Shown here: positions 45,425 to 55,378 of the stretch, piece after piece
Numbering within the stretch: the first letter of the stretch is position 1
Layout: every line of letters starts with the position of its first letter
Assembly (NCBI GenBank): GCA_015231405.1
Contig: JADGBR010000004.1
Span: 189 to 64,188, forward strand
From: Candidatus Omnitrophota bacterium
GTDB taxonomy: Bacteria > Omnitrophota > Gorgyraeia > Tantalellales > Tantalellaceae
Length of the DNA: 64,000 bases
Reading direction: 5' to 3'
Notes under the pieces: model-generated
What the model saw: only the letters and a program-made list of their open reading frames with translations
Databases searched by the model: none
What the model was told of the DNA's origin: nothing
Position numbers and translations under genes: made by a program

Positions 45425-46591
45425 TTACGGTCTACTGGGCTTATTCCATAGACTGTTCTCGGTCTTTTTGGAAGTTATCACATTTACTCGCGCCGAAACA
45501 ACAATGCTCTCTATCTGCTTATAGATATGATGATATTTCCCGTCATTAATGATCATATCCATTGCAGCTTCCCGCTTATTCTTTCTTTCCCGACCTTTTT
45601 TGTCAAAGTATTTGAAATTAATCGTCTTAAGTTTTCTTGCCAATGGATCTGGCAAGCATTTATCTATTATCATAGCCGGCAAATAACTACGCTTATTGCT
45701 TTTCCTTCGCCCGCCCGCTATCGATCTTTCAAGATATTTCCGGAAGAAATCATTTGCGACCTCGATGTCAACATTGTCATATTGAGCAAGATATCTAGCC
45801 AAACAACACGATGCCTTATCGAGCCGCTGAGCATAATCCGCCCTATCCCTCACTGGGATATATGCATCACCTTCCCTTAGTGTATTTTTCGATATCGGTA
45901 TTACCTCACGAAACATATAGGGTTCATTAAAGACCTTCAGCTTGCCAAATATTATACTTAACCCCTGAGGGATCAATTCGCCAAAATACGGATCCGACGT
46001 GTTGTCGACCACTTCTTTCCACATCTTTCGCATATGCTCCGTCCGATGAACACCGTAAAAGCTGCTCCCCCTGTATTCATTATACAGGCTCTTTATCCTC
46101 TCGAATGGGCTATCCTGGTCGATTGACTTCGTAGTATAGTACAAAAGATTGTTCTTGAACTCCAACACCCTGTTCTCGTTTTCCTCTATATAGTGCGAGT
46201 AATATATACCGTGAGCGACCGAGTAACTCCTATTTTCCTCCAAATATGATATACACTTTTCCACCGTCTCAGGAATAATAAAATCATCATCCGCGCAAAT
46301 AACTACGTACGGCGTCTCAATTTCGTCAAGCGCATATTTAATTTTCGCCATGTAGAGTTCTTCGGACTTTACTTTTCTATATTTAATTTGCCTTATATTG
46401 AAATATTTCTCGACAACCTCGAACCCGTCATAACGGTCGCTGGTATCCATAACTATTATTTGCATAGGATACGCATAAGATTCATAGAAACGGAACAATC
46501 TTGACAGAAATAGGTACCTGTTCATCGTTGGAATGATCATCGTAATTTTGTCAAAAAGCCCGGTATTCATTTTTTCAGTTTTCATACACAT
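45425..46591 (-). CDS. TIGR00180-like GT2-fold glycosyltransferase
   Basis: IIPTMNR, TPYVVICADDDF, FYGVHRT, FGEL. Confidence 0.8.
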   Translation of the reverse strand: MCMKTEKMNTGLFDKITMIIPTMNRYLFLSRLFRFYESYAYPMQIIVMDTSDRYDGFEVVEKYFNIRQIKYRKVKSEELYMAKIKYALDEIETPYVVICADDDFIIPETVEKCISYLEENRSYSVAHGIYYSHYIEENENRVLEFKNNLLYYTTKSIDQDSPFERIKSLYNEYRGSSFYGVHRTEHMRKMWKEVVDNTSDPYFGELIPQGLSIIFGKLKVFNEPYMFREVIPISKNTLREGDAYIPVRDRADYAQRLDKASCCLARYLAQYDNVDIEVANDFFRKYLERSIAGGRRKSNKRSYLPAMIIDKCLPDPLARKLKTINFKYFDKKGRERKNKREAAMDMIINDGKYHHIYKQIESIVVSARVNVITSKKTENSLWNKPSRP

Positions 46592-46636
46592 TCATTTCCC
46601 GGAAGGCAGCTAACTTACTAGTACCATTTCAAGCCA

Positions 46637-48016
46637 TCAACCTTTCAAAATATTTAAATATTGCGGAGATACCGGTACTCCTATCGGCTTCTTCAATAGA
46701 TCATTCATGACACAAAAATAATACTCCAAAACATCATCAGGCAAATTAGTAAGATTGATCTCTTTTTCGTAGAAAAGATTCCCCAGGCTACTGACAAATT
46801 TCCATTGGTCCTTAACCACCCCTGCGTTTATACAATCCCTCCACAAACGTGTACCCGGCAATGGGGTCAAGTATGAAACTTTTCCCTTATTCTCTAATCC
46901 GTTCCTCCTTATAAAGCTTATCATCTCCTTTAGATCGTTCTCAGTGTCCTCGGGAAACCCTATTATGAAGTTAACCGCCACATCTATACCGTATTTTCTT
47001 AAAAGCCCTATTTTTTCTTCCATAATGTTCACATCGATATTCTTATTAACTTTATTAAGGGTCTGCTGGTTGACTGATTCGATCCCGATGGATATCACCC
47101 TCAATCCGCTATCCCTTCCCCATCCGCAGATATCCGGGTCGATCGCGTCGACCCTGCATTGGCCAATATAACTAAAATCCATTTTTCTTTCAGTTTTCCG
47201 CCTAACAAAGTCTTTAAAGTTGCTCTTTATGTCCAGAAAGTTTTCGTCGACAAAATAATATTTATTGTAGTCATACCTCGTCCTGACATAGCTTATCTCA
47301 TCCAGGACCGAATCGACGTCCCTTAGCCCTAAACCTTTTACTATTTTACTACAAAAAGAACAGTTTCCCTTACAGCCCCTTGAAGCCATGATCTCAAAAG
47401 ATTGCCCTGTTTCCCGCAGATAATTTATATAAAATTCCATATGCAACACGCTGTAATCAGGCTGAGATAGGTCCGATAACTTATATAGACCCCCGCTCTT
47501 TTTTCCCGCCAGTATCCTATAGCCTCTCTCGCCAACGACCCCATTCTTATTTCTCGCGTAACAGTCCAATGGCATCCCGGCTTTTTCACTGCCCCCGTTT
47601 ATATAATTAATTAATTCAGGGAACCTGGCTTCTCCTTCCCCGCAGACTATATAATCGCAAACACAATTATTCAATATCAGTTCAGGATCCGAAGTCGGAA
47701 GCGCCCCGCCATAGACTATTACGTTCCCGGGATCGATCGCTTTTGCGAGTCTCGCGAAGTGTTCTACCTGGTTAATATGGTCGTTACCGGCAAGAACGCT
47801 GAAGCCGACTATGGAGCCGGAGCCCGACAACCCAGCCCGGAAATGGTCATCCCGTTTTTCCGGATCAACGGGCACAAGATCGATCACTCTTGGTTCGATC
47901 CCGTTCTTTTTAAGCGCGTTAGCCAGCACAGCCAGCCATATCGGCAACTGGACCGCGACGCATTTCCTGGTCACATTCACTAAAATTACTTCTTTGCTTT
48001 TGCCAATATTTATCAT
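46637..48016 (-). CDS. Cobalamin-binding radical SAM enzyme
   Basis: GGALPT, GEGE, SRGCKGNCSFC, GIES, FIIGFP. Confidence 0.92.
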   Translation of the reverse strand: MINIGKSKEVILVNVTRKCVAVQLPIWLAVLANALKKNGIEPRVIDLVPVDPEKRDDHFRAGLSGSGSIVGFSVLAGNDHINQVEHFARLAKAIDPGNVIVYGGALPTSDPELILNNCVCDYIVCGEGEARFPELINYINGGSEKAGMPLDCYARNKNGVVGERGYRILAGKKSGGLYKLSDLSQPDYSVLHMEFYINYLRETGQSFEIMASRGCKGNCSFCSKIVKGLGLRDVDSVLDEISYVRTRYDYNKYYFVDENFLDIKSNFKDFVRRKTERKMDFSYIGQCRVDAIDPDICGWGRDSGLRVISIGIESVNQQTLNKVNKNIDVNIMEEKIGLLRKYGIDVAVNFIIGFPEDTENDLKEMISFIRRNGLENKGKVSYLTPLPGTRLWRDCINAGVVKDQWKFVSSLGNLFYEKEINLTNLPDDVLEYYFCVMNDLLKKPIGVPVSPQYLNILKG

Positions 48017-48043
48017 ATCTTCACCAGGCTTCCCGCCGGAAGT

Positions 48044-48955
48044 TCAGGCAATTATTTCCTGCTTCTTTTCGCTTGAAAGGATATTGCATTCACGGCATAT
48101 TTTAATGCTGTTCTTATTCCCCGAGGAATGTATTTCCCTTAAACCCGTTATTTTACGGCCGTTAAATATCTGTATCGGGGAGTGATCATTGACATCTCCC
48201 AAAACATATTGACCATGATGAAGGTCTGAACAGCATAAAGGGACCCTGCCATCCCAGAATACCATAAACCTATCCCACAAGTGGTGACAGGCTATATCAC
48301 TTATATCATCCTGTCCCTCCCCCCCGGGATTTCCATCTCCCCTTATTTCTCCTCCCCATGAGTGCATATCATAGCCGATGATCATATCTTTTTTGCCCCT
48401 ATCGATCACGTTCTCCCAATAATTTTTAAACGCTTTCCATTCGTCAATATTGTTTTTCTGCCGTATGAATCTCATGACAAAACGGGTTTTATACCCCGCC
48501 CTGTCCCTTTTATGGATAATATCCCGGGCGTTGTCTGTTACTCTATCGAAATCGACACCCCCTCTAATGGCTTCATGCGTTTCTTTATTCACGCCGTCAA
48601 TGCTAAAAATTACCGTATCTAATCCCGAATCCAGGATCTTGTCCTGCCTTTGAGCATCCAAAAGGTCCCCATTTGTAGCGATAGCGATATTCCTATAGCC
48701 TTTGGCTTTTAAATAACTTATCTTATCAAAGATAGTTCTATCCAATAACGGTTCCCCCAAACCCCATAGATCAACCTTCTCGATTTGCTCATTATAAGGC
48801 GCCAGATCATCGGCGACCTTCCTGAAAAGCTCCATTGCCATTGTCCCTTTTTTCCTGTCCGTAGGCATGTCTATCGGGCACATACAGCAATGGGCGTTAC
48901 ACCCAAAAACCACCTCTATCTGTATCCTTTTTGGAACAATAATATCACTGCTCAT
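48044..48955 (-). CDS. Radical SAM protein with SPASM/twitch domain
   Basis: CNAHCCMC, GLGEPLLD, C...LCCSD...CREC. Confidence 0.9.
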   Translation of the reverse strand: MSSDIIVPKRIQIEVVFGCNAHCCMCPIDMPTDRKKGTMAMELFRKVADDLAPYNEQIEKVDLWGLGEPLLDRTIFDKISYLKAKGYRNIAIATNGDLLDAQRQDKILDSGLDTVIFSIDGVNKETHEAIRGGVDFDRVTDNARDIIHKRDRAGYKTRFVMRFIRQKNNIDEWKAFKNYWENVIDRGKKDMIIGYDMHSWGGEIRGDGNPGGEGQDDISDIACHHLWDRFMVFWDGRVPLCCSDLHHGQYVLGDVNDHSPIQIFNGRKITGLREIHSSGNKNSIKICRECNILSSEKKQEIIA

Positions 48956-50111
48956 TTTTCTTACTCCTCAGCAATTCCTTGGGCTTTTCTATTTCGATCA
49001 AGGTCTTGTAAACCTGCCCGCCCCTGTGAACAAGAATATCGGGATATTTGGACAAGAATTCCAGAGCCCCATACAGTCTCTTATTTATTTCTTCCTGCGG
49101 ATAGAACTGGACACCGATCTTTTCGATCTTGGCATGAGGAAACCTCTCAAACGCGTGGACAGCGACCTCATCGAATATCTCAACGACATATTCTAATGTT
49201 TCTTTTTCATCAGATCCAGAAGCCGTCGGAAAGCCCACCATTATGTCCGTCCGCAATACAATATCAGGCCTCATTCTTTTAAGCTTTTTCAGATCGTCAT
49301 ACAGTCCAAGAACTACCGGCCGACGCTTCATCATGGACAACAAACGATCGCTTGTTGTCTGGATCAATACCTGAAAATCCTTTATTTTATTTTCACGCGT
49401 TAATAACCCGAACAGAACATCCTTATATTCATACGCCCAATCAGCGTTCACCTGGGTAAGATGAACAGCGGGAGCTATCTCCAAAACCTTTTTTATTAAA
49501 TCAGGGAAATATGGTCCGCCCAGATCCGTACCATAAGAACCCGTGTCATTGCCATGCAAAATAATGGTATGAGCGCCCGTCAGAACAGAGTTCCGCACAT
49601 CCTCGATTATTTGGGCAAAGGGCCGGCTTTTCAACTCACCGATCCCAAGTTTATGAGGACAATACGGACAATCAGACGAACATCCAGTCTGTATCAGGAT
49701 GAATCTTTTCCCGGGATCATAAAGTCTGTATTCCTCCTTGGCGGCGAATACATCCGGGTAAGGTACAGCCTCCAGAGATACCGAAGGATCGCTGACAATA
49801 TCCCCAAGCCTCTCCCACTCACCGGCGCCGATGGCCTGATCAGGGGCCAGTGTTCCAACCTCCTCGGGAAAAACCTTTGTCAAACACCCGAAAACGATCA
49901 CTTTAGCGCCTGTCCCCTTCGCCTCTTTGATCAAGCCCAAAGCTTCGTATCCGAGACTTTTAAACGCCCCGCAACAACCGACAATATGAACATCGGCGCA
50001 TTCCTTATCCGAAACCTTCTCCCATCCGTTAATATCAAGGAATCTGCCTACCCTGTTAAGTATAAGCTTGTACGGAGTGCAGACATTATCTTTTATTATA
50101 TATTTTTTCAA
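48945..50111 (-). CDS. MiaB/RimO-like (UPF0004 + radical SAM) methylthiotransferase-family protein without TRAM domain
   Basis: N-terminal NVC, VGCC, FGCL cysteines; IQTGCSSDCPYC; LKSRP; DTGSYG.D; TDIMVGFP; only 388 aa. Confidence 0.8.
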   Translation of the reverse strand: MKKYIIKDNVCTPYKLILNRVGRFLDINGWEKVSDKECADVHIVGCCGAFKSLGYEALGLIKEAKGTGAKVIVFGCLTKVFPEEVGTLAPDQAIGAGEWERLGDIVSDPSVSLEAVPYPDVFAAKEEYRLYDPGKRFILIQTGCSSDCPYCPHKLGIGELKSRPFAQIIEDVRNSVLTGAHTIILHGNDTGSYGTDLGGPYFPDLIKKVLEIAPAVHLTQVNADWAYEYKDVLFGLLTRENKIKDFQVLIQTTSDRLLSMMKRRPVVLGLYDDLKKLKRMRPDIVLRTDIMVGFPTASGSDEKETLEYVVEIFDEVAVHAFERFPHAKIEKIGVQFYPQEEINKRLYGALEFLSKYPDILVHRGGQVYKTLIEIEKPKELLRSKKNEQ

Positions 50112-51268
50112 CGCAATTCTCCCCAGGCAATTACATCCGCGTTCGCTCCGATCTCGCTCAGCTTTCGTATTATCTCGCTTTTATAGACTCCATTCATTAC
50201 TAATATCTTTTTTTTGACGCACCCTCTCAAGACATCAGGGGAAAAGATCTTCTTCGCCACCCTGGGCAAATATTTTTCCTGCTTATTCGGGTTTATATCT
50301 ATTACGTATTCTATATTTTTAAGTATCTCATCCGGCAGATTATTCAGAAAAACAACCCCCTTACCGGAAGCTCCCCATACGGATAGTTTTCCTGAGTCCC
50401 TAACAAATGAAATGTCACGCACCCTGGCGCTGTCAATGCGAGCACTGTCATATTGACGCCGCCCGAGATGTCCCTTCCCCGCCTCATAATCCTTGCCGGT
50501 ACGTCCATAATACGCTGACAATAGGATATATTGCCCGCCGTAAACGTTCCTGACATTCTCTATGCCGAAACCCAGATCAGCCAACATCGTAGCCAGCGAA
50601 GCTTTGGTGAAATAATTACAATGTTCATATGTAATGTCAATGTAAGCGCCATTTTCCATTATCCATTCAAGGTCAGGCACCTCCGCTATCAATAAAGTCC
50701 CTTGCTTAATGGCGGGGCTTTTCGTCAACCTCCGGAGAAAAGATACCGGCTCGCCCAAATGCTCCAAAACATGTCTGAGTATTACCGCGTCAAAACACTG
50801 TTTTTCATTTTCAGGGGCAAAATACTCTTTGGCAATATCAACCCCGCCGGTCCCAGGCGAATTACCTTTGTAAGCATTATCGTAACCTTTACCCTTGGCA
50901 CCTGTTTTTTCGCACAGTTTTTTTAAAAACTCACCTTGTCCGCATCCGATCTCAAGGATTTGCCAGGTTTTGTCAATGAATGAACTCAGCTGGCCGACTA
51001 CTTCATCGATATACGCGTTGTAAACGCCCGAATATTCCCTTGAACTCTCATAATTATCATCATAATCAAAATCTGAGACGTTAAAATCAACGTTAAAAAC
51101 CAACCCGCAACTGTCACATTCCACTAGCCCTATCTCTCCATTTTTACATCTGGAAGCTTCGTCCTGTATGTCGTACACCACATTATTCAAAACAGGGCAT
51201 CTCCCATTCCTGTATATGACATCACGTGTGATATCTTTTTCACAACCGGTACATTTACATTGCCCCAT
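50108..51268 (-). CDS. Class I SAM methyltransferase, NDP-sugar C-methyltransferase-like
   Basis: Two CxxC pairs, EIGCGQG, RHVLEH, YEHCNYF, WGASGKG, DINP.KQ. Confidence 0.85.
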   Translation of the reverse strand: MGQCKCTGCEKDITRDVIYRNGRCPVLNNVVYDIQDEASRCKNGEIGLVECDSCGLVFNVDFNVSDFDYDDNYESSREYSGVYNAYIDEVVGQLSSFIDKTWQILEIGCGQGEFLKKLCEKTGAKGKGYDNAYKGNSPGTGGVDIAKEYFAPENEKQCFDAVILRHVLEHLGEPVSFLRRLTKSPAIKQGTLLIAEVPDLEWIMENGAYIDITYEHCNYFTKASLATMLADLGFGIENVRNVYGGQYILLSAYYGRTGKDYEAGKGHLGRRQYDSARIDSARVRDISFVRDSGKLSVWGASGKGVVFLNNLPDEILKNIEYVIDINPNKQEKYLPRVAKKIFSPDVLRGCVKKKILVMNGVYKSEIIRKLSEIGANADVIAWGELR

Positions 51269-51279
51269 TGCGCCCTTTA

Positions 51280-51999
51280 TTACGTTATTCTTCTCAGGAA
51301 ACCGTTCGGGCTATATGTAACACCCATACGGTTGTAATAATTATCGATCGCCCAGTTTGGATATTTCCCGACAAACTCCTCGATGGCGCGCAACGGATTA
51401 TCATGGGACCATTCAGGCTTACCCGTCGGGACGTCACTCAACATTTTCTGCACACCGTCCATAACTACCATGTAACTCCCTGGGGTAACGACACTTGAAT
51501 ACAGCATGATCTCCTTACGAACGTGATCATAAGTATGATTTGAATCCAGGACAACCAGCACTTTCTCGTCCTCCCTGATCAATTTTTTGGCCTCTAGAAA
51601 GACCTCTTCACTGGTGGAACTCCCCTCTATCAGAGTGATCCATTTCGCCATAGGGTGGTTAATTATGTTATTTCTATTATGATCCCTAATCTCAATATCT
51701 ATCCCTATTACTCTGCCCCCGCCTAGCAATTGCAGGATCGACGCGTAAAAAATAGCCGAACCGCCGTGAGCGACGCCTGTTTCCACTATCACATCCGGTT
51801 TAATTTGCCATATCAGTTCCTGCATCATGACTATGTCAAAGGGCAGCTGGATTATCGGTATACCCAGCCATTTGGGATGATAAACTATCCGATGAAGAAA
51901 AGACGCTTTCAGCCATAACTCATTCAGTAATTCCATGCCTTTATCACTGTAAACATCTACTTCCTCTAAATACCCGTCTTTGTCAGTTCTTATCTTCAT
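51280..51999 (-). CDS. CmcI (cephalosporin hydroxylase) family methyltransferase
   Basis: WLG.PIIQLP.D, ETGVAHGGS, LDSNHT. Confidence 0.9.
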   Translation of the reverse strand: MKIRTDKDGYLEEVDVYSDKGMELLNELWLKASFLHRIVYHPKWLGIPIIQLPFDIVMMQELIWQIKPDVIVETGVAHGGSAIFYASILQLLGGGRVIGIDIEIRDHNRNNIINHPMAKWITLIEGSSTSEEVFLEAKKLIREDEKVLVVLDSNHTYDHVRKEIMLYSSVVTPGSYMVVMDGVQKMLSDVPTGKPEWSHDNPLRAIEEFVGKYPNWAIDNYYNRMGVTYSPNGFLRRIT

Positions 52000-52045
52000 G
52001 ATCCCTTCCCGGTTAGAAACAACTTACCGCTGCTCAGTTATTAAA

Positions 52046-52879
52046 TCATGGCTTGATCATCAACCCTTGCCCTGTGGGAAGAGTCAGTATTTCCACCCCT
52101 AAGGATAAAGCGACTTTATCGATAGCTTCTTTCTGCTTCTCATGCCCGCCCCATCCGTAATCGTCAAATACGACAATTGCCCCCGGGACAAGTTTTGGCC
52201 AAAAATACTTAATGGATTCTACTTCCGGAATAACACAATTCATATCTATCGACAAATAAGCGACTTCACCGATCTCCACAGTTTGTAAAGTCCGTGGCAC
52301 AGGGCCCCTTACTATTATCACATTTGAATACTTCTTAAAACTATCGCGGACGTAATCGTAAAGATCCTCTTCATAGACTTTAGCCAAACGGTCATACTCC
52401 CACGTTGTCGAAAAATCTTTGTCCAATCCTTTAAATGTATCGAATAAGTAAAATTTTCTATCAGGCATACCCGCAAAATCCAGATATTGAATGATCGACA
52501 TGGCATTACTGCCTTTCCAGACGCCGCATTCGACGAAATCTCCCCTGAGATTCCTGGCATGATATGCCGCCCATAAGTTTACATGCCGCGGCCAACCTTC
52601 AAAATTATCATCATGCGCGCCTATCTGTCTCATACCAATTTCACACGATTTAATAAAATTAGGATTTTTCATGAAATCACAGTTCTTAAAAGACATCAAC
52701 CCGCTTTTATAATATTTGGGCCTTCCGATAACTATGGCCCTTTGTCCATTGAGCAGCTGAACGACCCTTGCCCCTAAAGGTGTTTTCCTTAACATGTTTT
52801 TTACAGCGATAACAGCCGCAGTGGCTAAACGCGACAGGCCCGGATATTTCCTCTTAAGATAACTTCTGATCTGTCGCAT
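52046..52879 (-). CDS. TylF/MycF family O-methyltransferase
   Basis: GDFVECGVWKG, FDTF.G, IDMN, FDDYG. Confidence 0.9.
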   Translation of the reverse strand: MRQIRSYLKRKYPGLSRLATAAVIAVKNMLRKTPLGARVVQLLNGQRAIVIGRPKYYKSGLMSFKNCDFMKNPNFIKSCEIGMRQIGAHDDNFEGWPRHVNLWAAYHARNLRGDFVECGVWKGSNAMSIIQYLDFAGMPDRKFYLFDTFKGLDKDFSTTWEYDRLAKVYEEDLYDYVRDSFKKYSNVIIVRGPVPRTLQTVEIGEVAYLSIDMNCVIPEVESIKYFWPKLVPGAIVVFDDYGWGGHEKQKEAIDKVALSLGVEILTLPTGQGLMIKP

Positions 52880-52897
52880 TCTTTCTCCTCCAGGCCT

Positions 52898-53914
52898 CTA
52901 GACTTTAACTTCGGACCTTTTCCATGACACATCGCAATCGCTGATGTATATTATTTTGCTCCCTTGAGACTCAAAATTGAAACGGCTTTCCTTAAATCCG
53001 GCAAATGTCAGCCTTAAGTTATCCTGGTATTTTTCCTCGCAATAAAGCAGCAAAAACCCCCCCCCGCCGGCACCGAGAAGTTTTCCGCCGCGCGCGCCGG
53101 CTTTCAAAGCTTTCTTATACATGGTATCGATCTCGTCGTTGGTGATACCATCGGCGAGCTGGACCTTATTCTTCCAGCATTCGTTAAGGATATCCGCGAA
53201 AGCGTCAAGATCATTATTGACGATCGCCATTCTTAACTCTTTTGCCAGAGCTACCAGCCTGTCCAGGTATCTTGTCTTTTCGGGTATATTTTTATTCTGT
53301 TTTTCCAGGATGGTAGATGAGACCCTTGTCACTCCGGTATAAAAAAGCATTAGCCTGTTATTTAACGTCTCTTTTAGCTCGCGGGGGCAGATCACCGGAT
53401 CCACAAAAATACTGTCGTCGTGGTTGAACTGTATGTAATTGAATCCTCCGTACGCCGCGGCATATTGGTCCTGTTTACCTATAGGATGCCCGAGGATATC
53501 GATCTCTATCCTGCAAGCGTCTTCGGCCAGCTTTTGAGGAGAGGCATATCTGCCCGTATACGCGTAGAGGGCGTTCAATACCCCTACAGCCAGGCTGCTG
53601 GATGAGCCCAAACCGACGCCTGCGGAGCCTAAAGGGACATCCCCCATGTAAACTATGTCGATCCCCTTGTCTATCCCTACGAGCTTCAGCGATTCCCGTA
53701 TTATATTGTGCTCGATCTTATCTACGCTGTCTACGATCTCGGTACTCGAATAACTGACTCTGATAAGATCGTCAAATTTTTTATTGACCGTTATGTAGAT
53801 ATATTTGTCGACCGCCGTGCTTACGACGGCTCCTGATCCGTTGCGGTAATAATTCTCGAAATCAGTCCCCCCCCCGGCGAAACTGACCCTCATCGGCGTT
53901 CTTGAAATGATCAT
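52898..53914 (-). CDS. hddA: GHMP sugar kinase, HddA-like (heptose-7-phosphate 1-kinase)
   Basis: RVSFAGGGTD, GLGSSS, GKQDQYA, GGKLLGAGGGGF. Confidence 0.85.
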   Translation of the reverse strand: MIISRTPMRVSFAGGGTDFENYYRNGSGAVVSTAVDKYIYITVNKKFDDLIRVSYSSTEIVDSVDKIEHNIIRESLKLVGIDKGIDIVYMGDVPLGSAGVGLGSSSSLAVGVLNALYAYTGRYASPQKLAEDACRIEIDILGHPIGKQDQYAAAYGGFNYIQFNHDDSIFVDPVICPRELKETLNNRLMLFYTGVTRVSSTILEKQNKNIPEKTRYLDRLVALAKELRMAIVNNDLDAFADILNECWKNKVQLADGITNDEIDTMYKKALKAGARGGKLLGAGGGGFLLLYCEEKYQDNLRLTFAGFKESRFNFESQGSKIIYISDCDVSWKRSEVKV

Positions 53915-53936
53915 TTCCCTCCTATTAGGATCGTAC

Positions 53937-54812
53937 TCATGCCCACCCCGCGATCGTTTCCCTGATACCTTCCCCTATGCCGTATCGAGGTTCCCAGCCT
54001 GTTTTATTTTTGATACGCGTTATATCAGCCCAGTAATCGTGATCAGTTGTATCATGGCCCATCCCCGGTCTACCCAGGGCCATCCCGAATTCCGAGGCTA
54101 TGATATCCGCTATTTCAGACACACGTGTAGAGTACCCGGACCCGACATTATAGATCCCTGGCTGTTCGCCTTTCTCGAGAATATCGCACATAGCGGAGGC
54201 CGCGTCTTTCGCGAAGATAAAATCATTTTTCACTAAAGGAGTTTTAATAGCGGGTTCTTCACCCTTGATCAAACGATCTATCATGCAGGGTATCAGCGAT
54301 CCTTTTTTCTGTCCGGGTCCATACGCGTAGAATACTCTAGCCCAGAAAAAGTTAAACCCCTTATCCTCCGCCAATTTCTGTCCAAACTCTCTTATCCGCC
54401 TCTTCGCCCGGGCAAAATCATTTATAGCCTTCTCCTCCATTCCTTCACTCAAGGCCCCGTAATAGGCCCCATACTCCCAGCAGCTCCCCGCGCAAAGTAT
54501 TTTCCCGCATTTAATACCGGAAAGGAAGGAGAGAAGCCCCTCACCCATCTCGGCGTTTTTCGCTGAGATATCGGAAGAATAATCAGGCAGTCCCTCCCAA
54601 GCCATATGTATCGCGGCTTCCGGCAGAAAAGCGGCCACTTCCTTGCTCCAACCCGACATATACGAAAGGTCTCCCCTGATATAGCCCGCCGTCAGGTCCG
54701 AACTCCCGGGGATGCTCCGTGACAACACCAGTACTTCGTGTTTTCTATTTAATAGTTCGCGAACAACATATTTGCCGATAAAACCTGTCCCACCGGTTAC
54801 GAACACGCGCAT
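53937..54812 (-). CDS. NAD-dependent epimerase/4-reductase
   Basis: TGGTGFIG, GSCWEYG, R.FYAYGPGQ; YxxxK appears as FARAK. Confidence 0.85.
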   Translation of the reverse strand: MRVFVTGGTGFIGKYVVRELLNRKHEVLVLSRSIPGSSDLTAGYIRGDLSYMSGWSKEVAAFLPEAAIHMAWEGLPDYSSDISAKNAEMGEGLLSFLSGIKCGKILCAGSCWEYGAYYGALSEGMEEKAINDFARAKRRIREFGQKLAEDKGFNFFWARVFYAYGPGQKKGSLIPCMIDRLIKGEEPAIKTPLVKNDFIFAKDAASAMCDILEKGEQPGIYNVGSGYSTRVSEIADIIASEFGMALGRPGMGHDTTDHDYWADITRIKNKTGWEPRYGIGEGIRETIAGWA

Positions 54813-55378
54813 TATCCTTCCAACCCCCCAAATTTATCGTTAAACTCTTTAAAACTCCACGCCCCCAGATCCCTATCGGAAATTACCGGATCATTGACCG
54901 GCCAGTCGATCCCGATGTCAGGGTCGTTCCATTTAATGGCCCCCTGTTTATCAGGAGCATAATAGTTATCCATTTTATACTGGAGCGCGCATTTATCGGT
55001 GAGCGAGCAAATCCCCATCGCGAAGCCCCTTCCTACATAGAGCATTTTTTCTCCATTCCCTTTAAGCATCTCGCTACCCCACTCACCAAAAGTCTCTGAA
55101 CCTTTCCTCAAGTCCAGGAAAACGACATAGATATCACCGTAGAGGGCCCTGATTAGTTTTGTTTCCGCAAAAGGCTGGAACTGAAAATGCAGTCCCCTTA
55201 CAGTTCCCTTTTTTTCCGAATACGAATGGTTTTCGTTTACCCATTCCCGGTGCAGCCCTTTTTCCCTGAACGCCCGGTCATCATAAGTTCTCATAAAATA
55301 GCCCCTTTCATCCCAGAGCGGGGCAAGTTTTACGACAAAAACGCCCTTAAGACCCTTTTCAACTATTTCCATGAGCAT
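54812..55378 (-). CDS. rfbC: NDP-4-keto-sugar 3,5-epimerase (RmlC/RfbC family)
   Basis: DERGYF, GTVRGLHFQ, DLRKGS.TFG.W, WNDPDIGIDWP. Confidence 0.9.
   Translation of the reverse strand: MLMEIVEKGLKGVFVVKLAPLWDERGYFMRTYDDRAFREKGLHREWVNENHSYSEKKGTVRGLHFQFQPFAETKLIRALYGDIYVVFLDLRKGSETFGEWGSEMLKGNGEKMLYVGRGFAMGICSLTDKCALQYKMDNYYAPDKQGAIKWNDPDIGIDWPVNDPVISDRDLGAWSFKEFNDKFGGLEG

Noticed and set aside
35620-48325. C7 runs at 35620-35626 and 48319-48325 as phase-variable tracts
   Set aside because: Short, and explained by Gly codons
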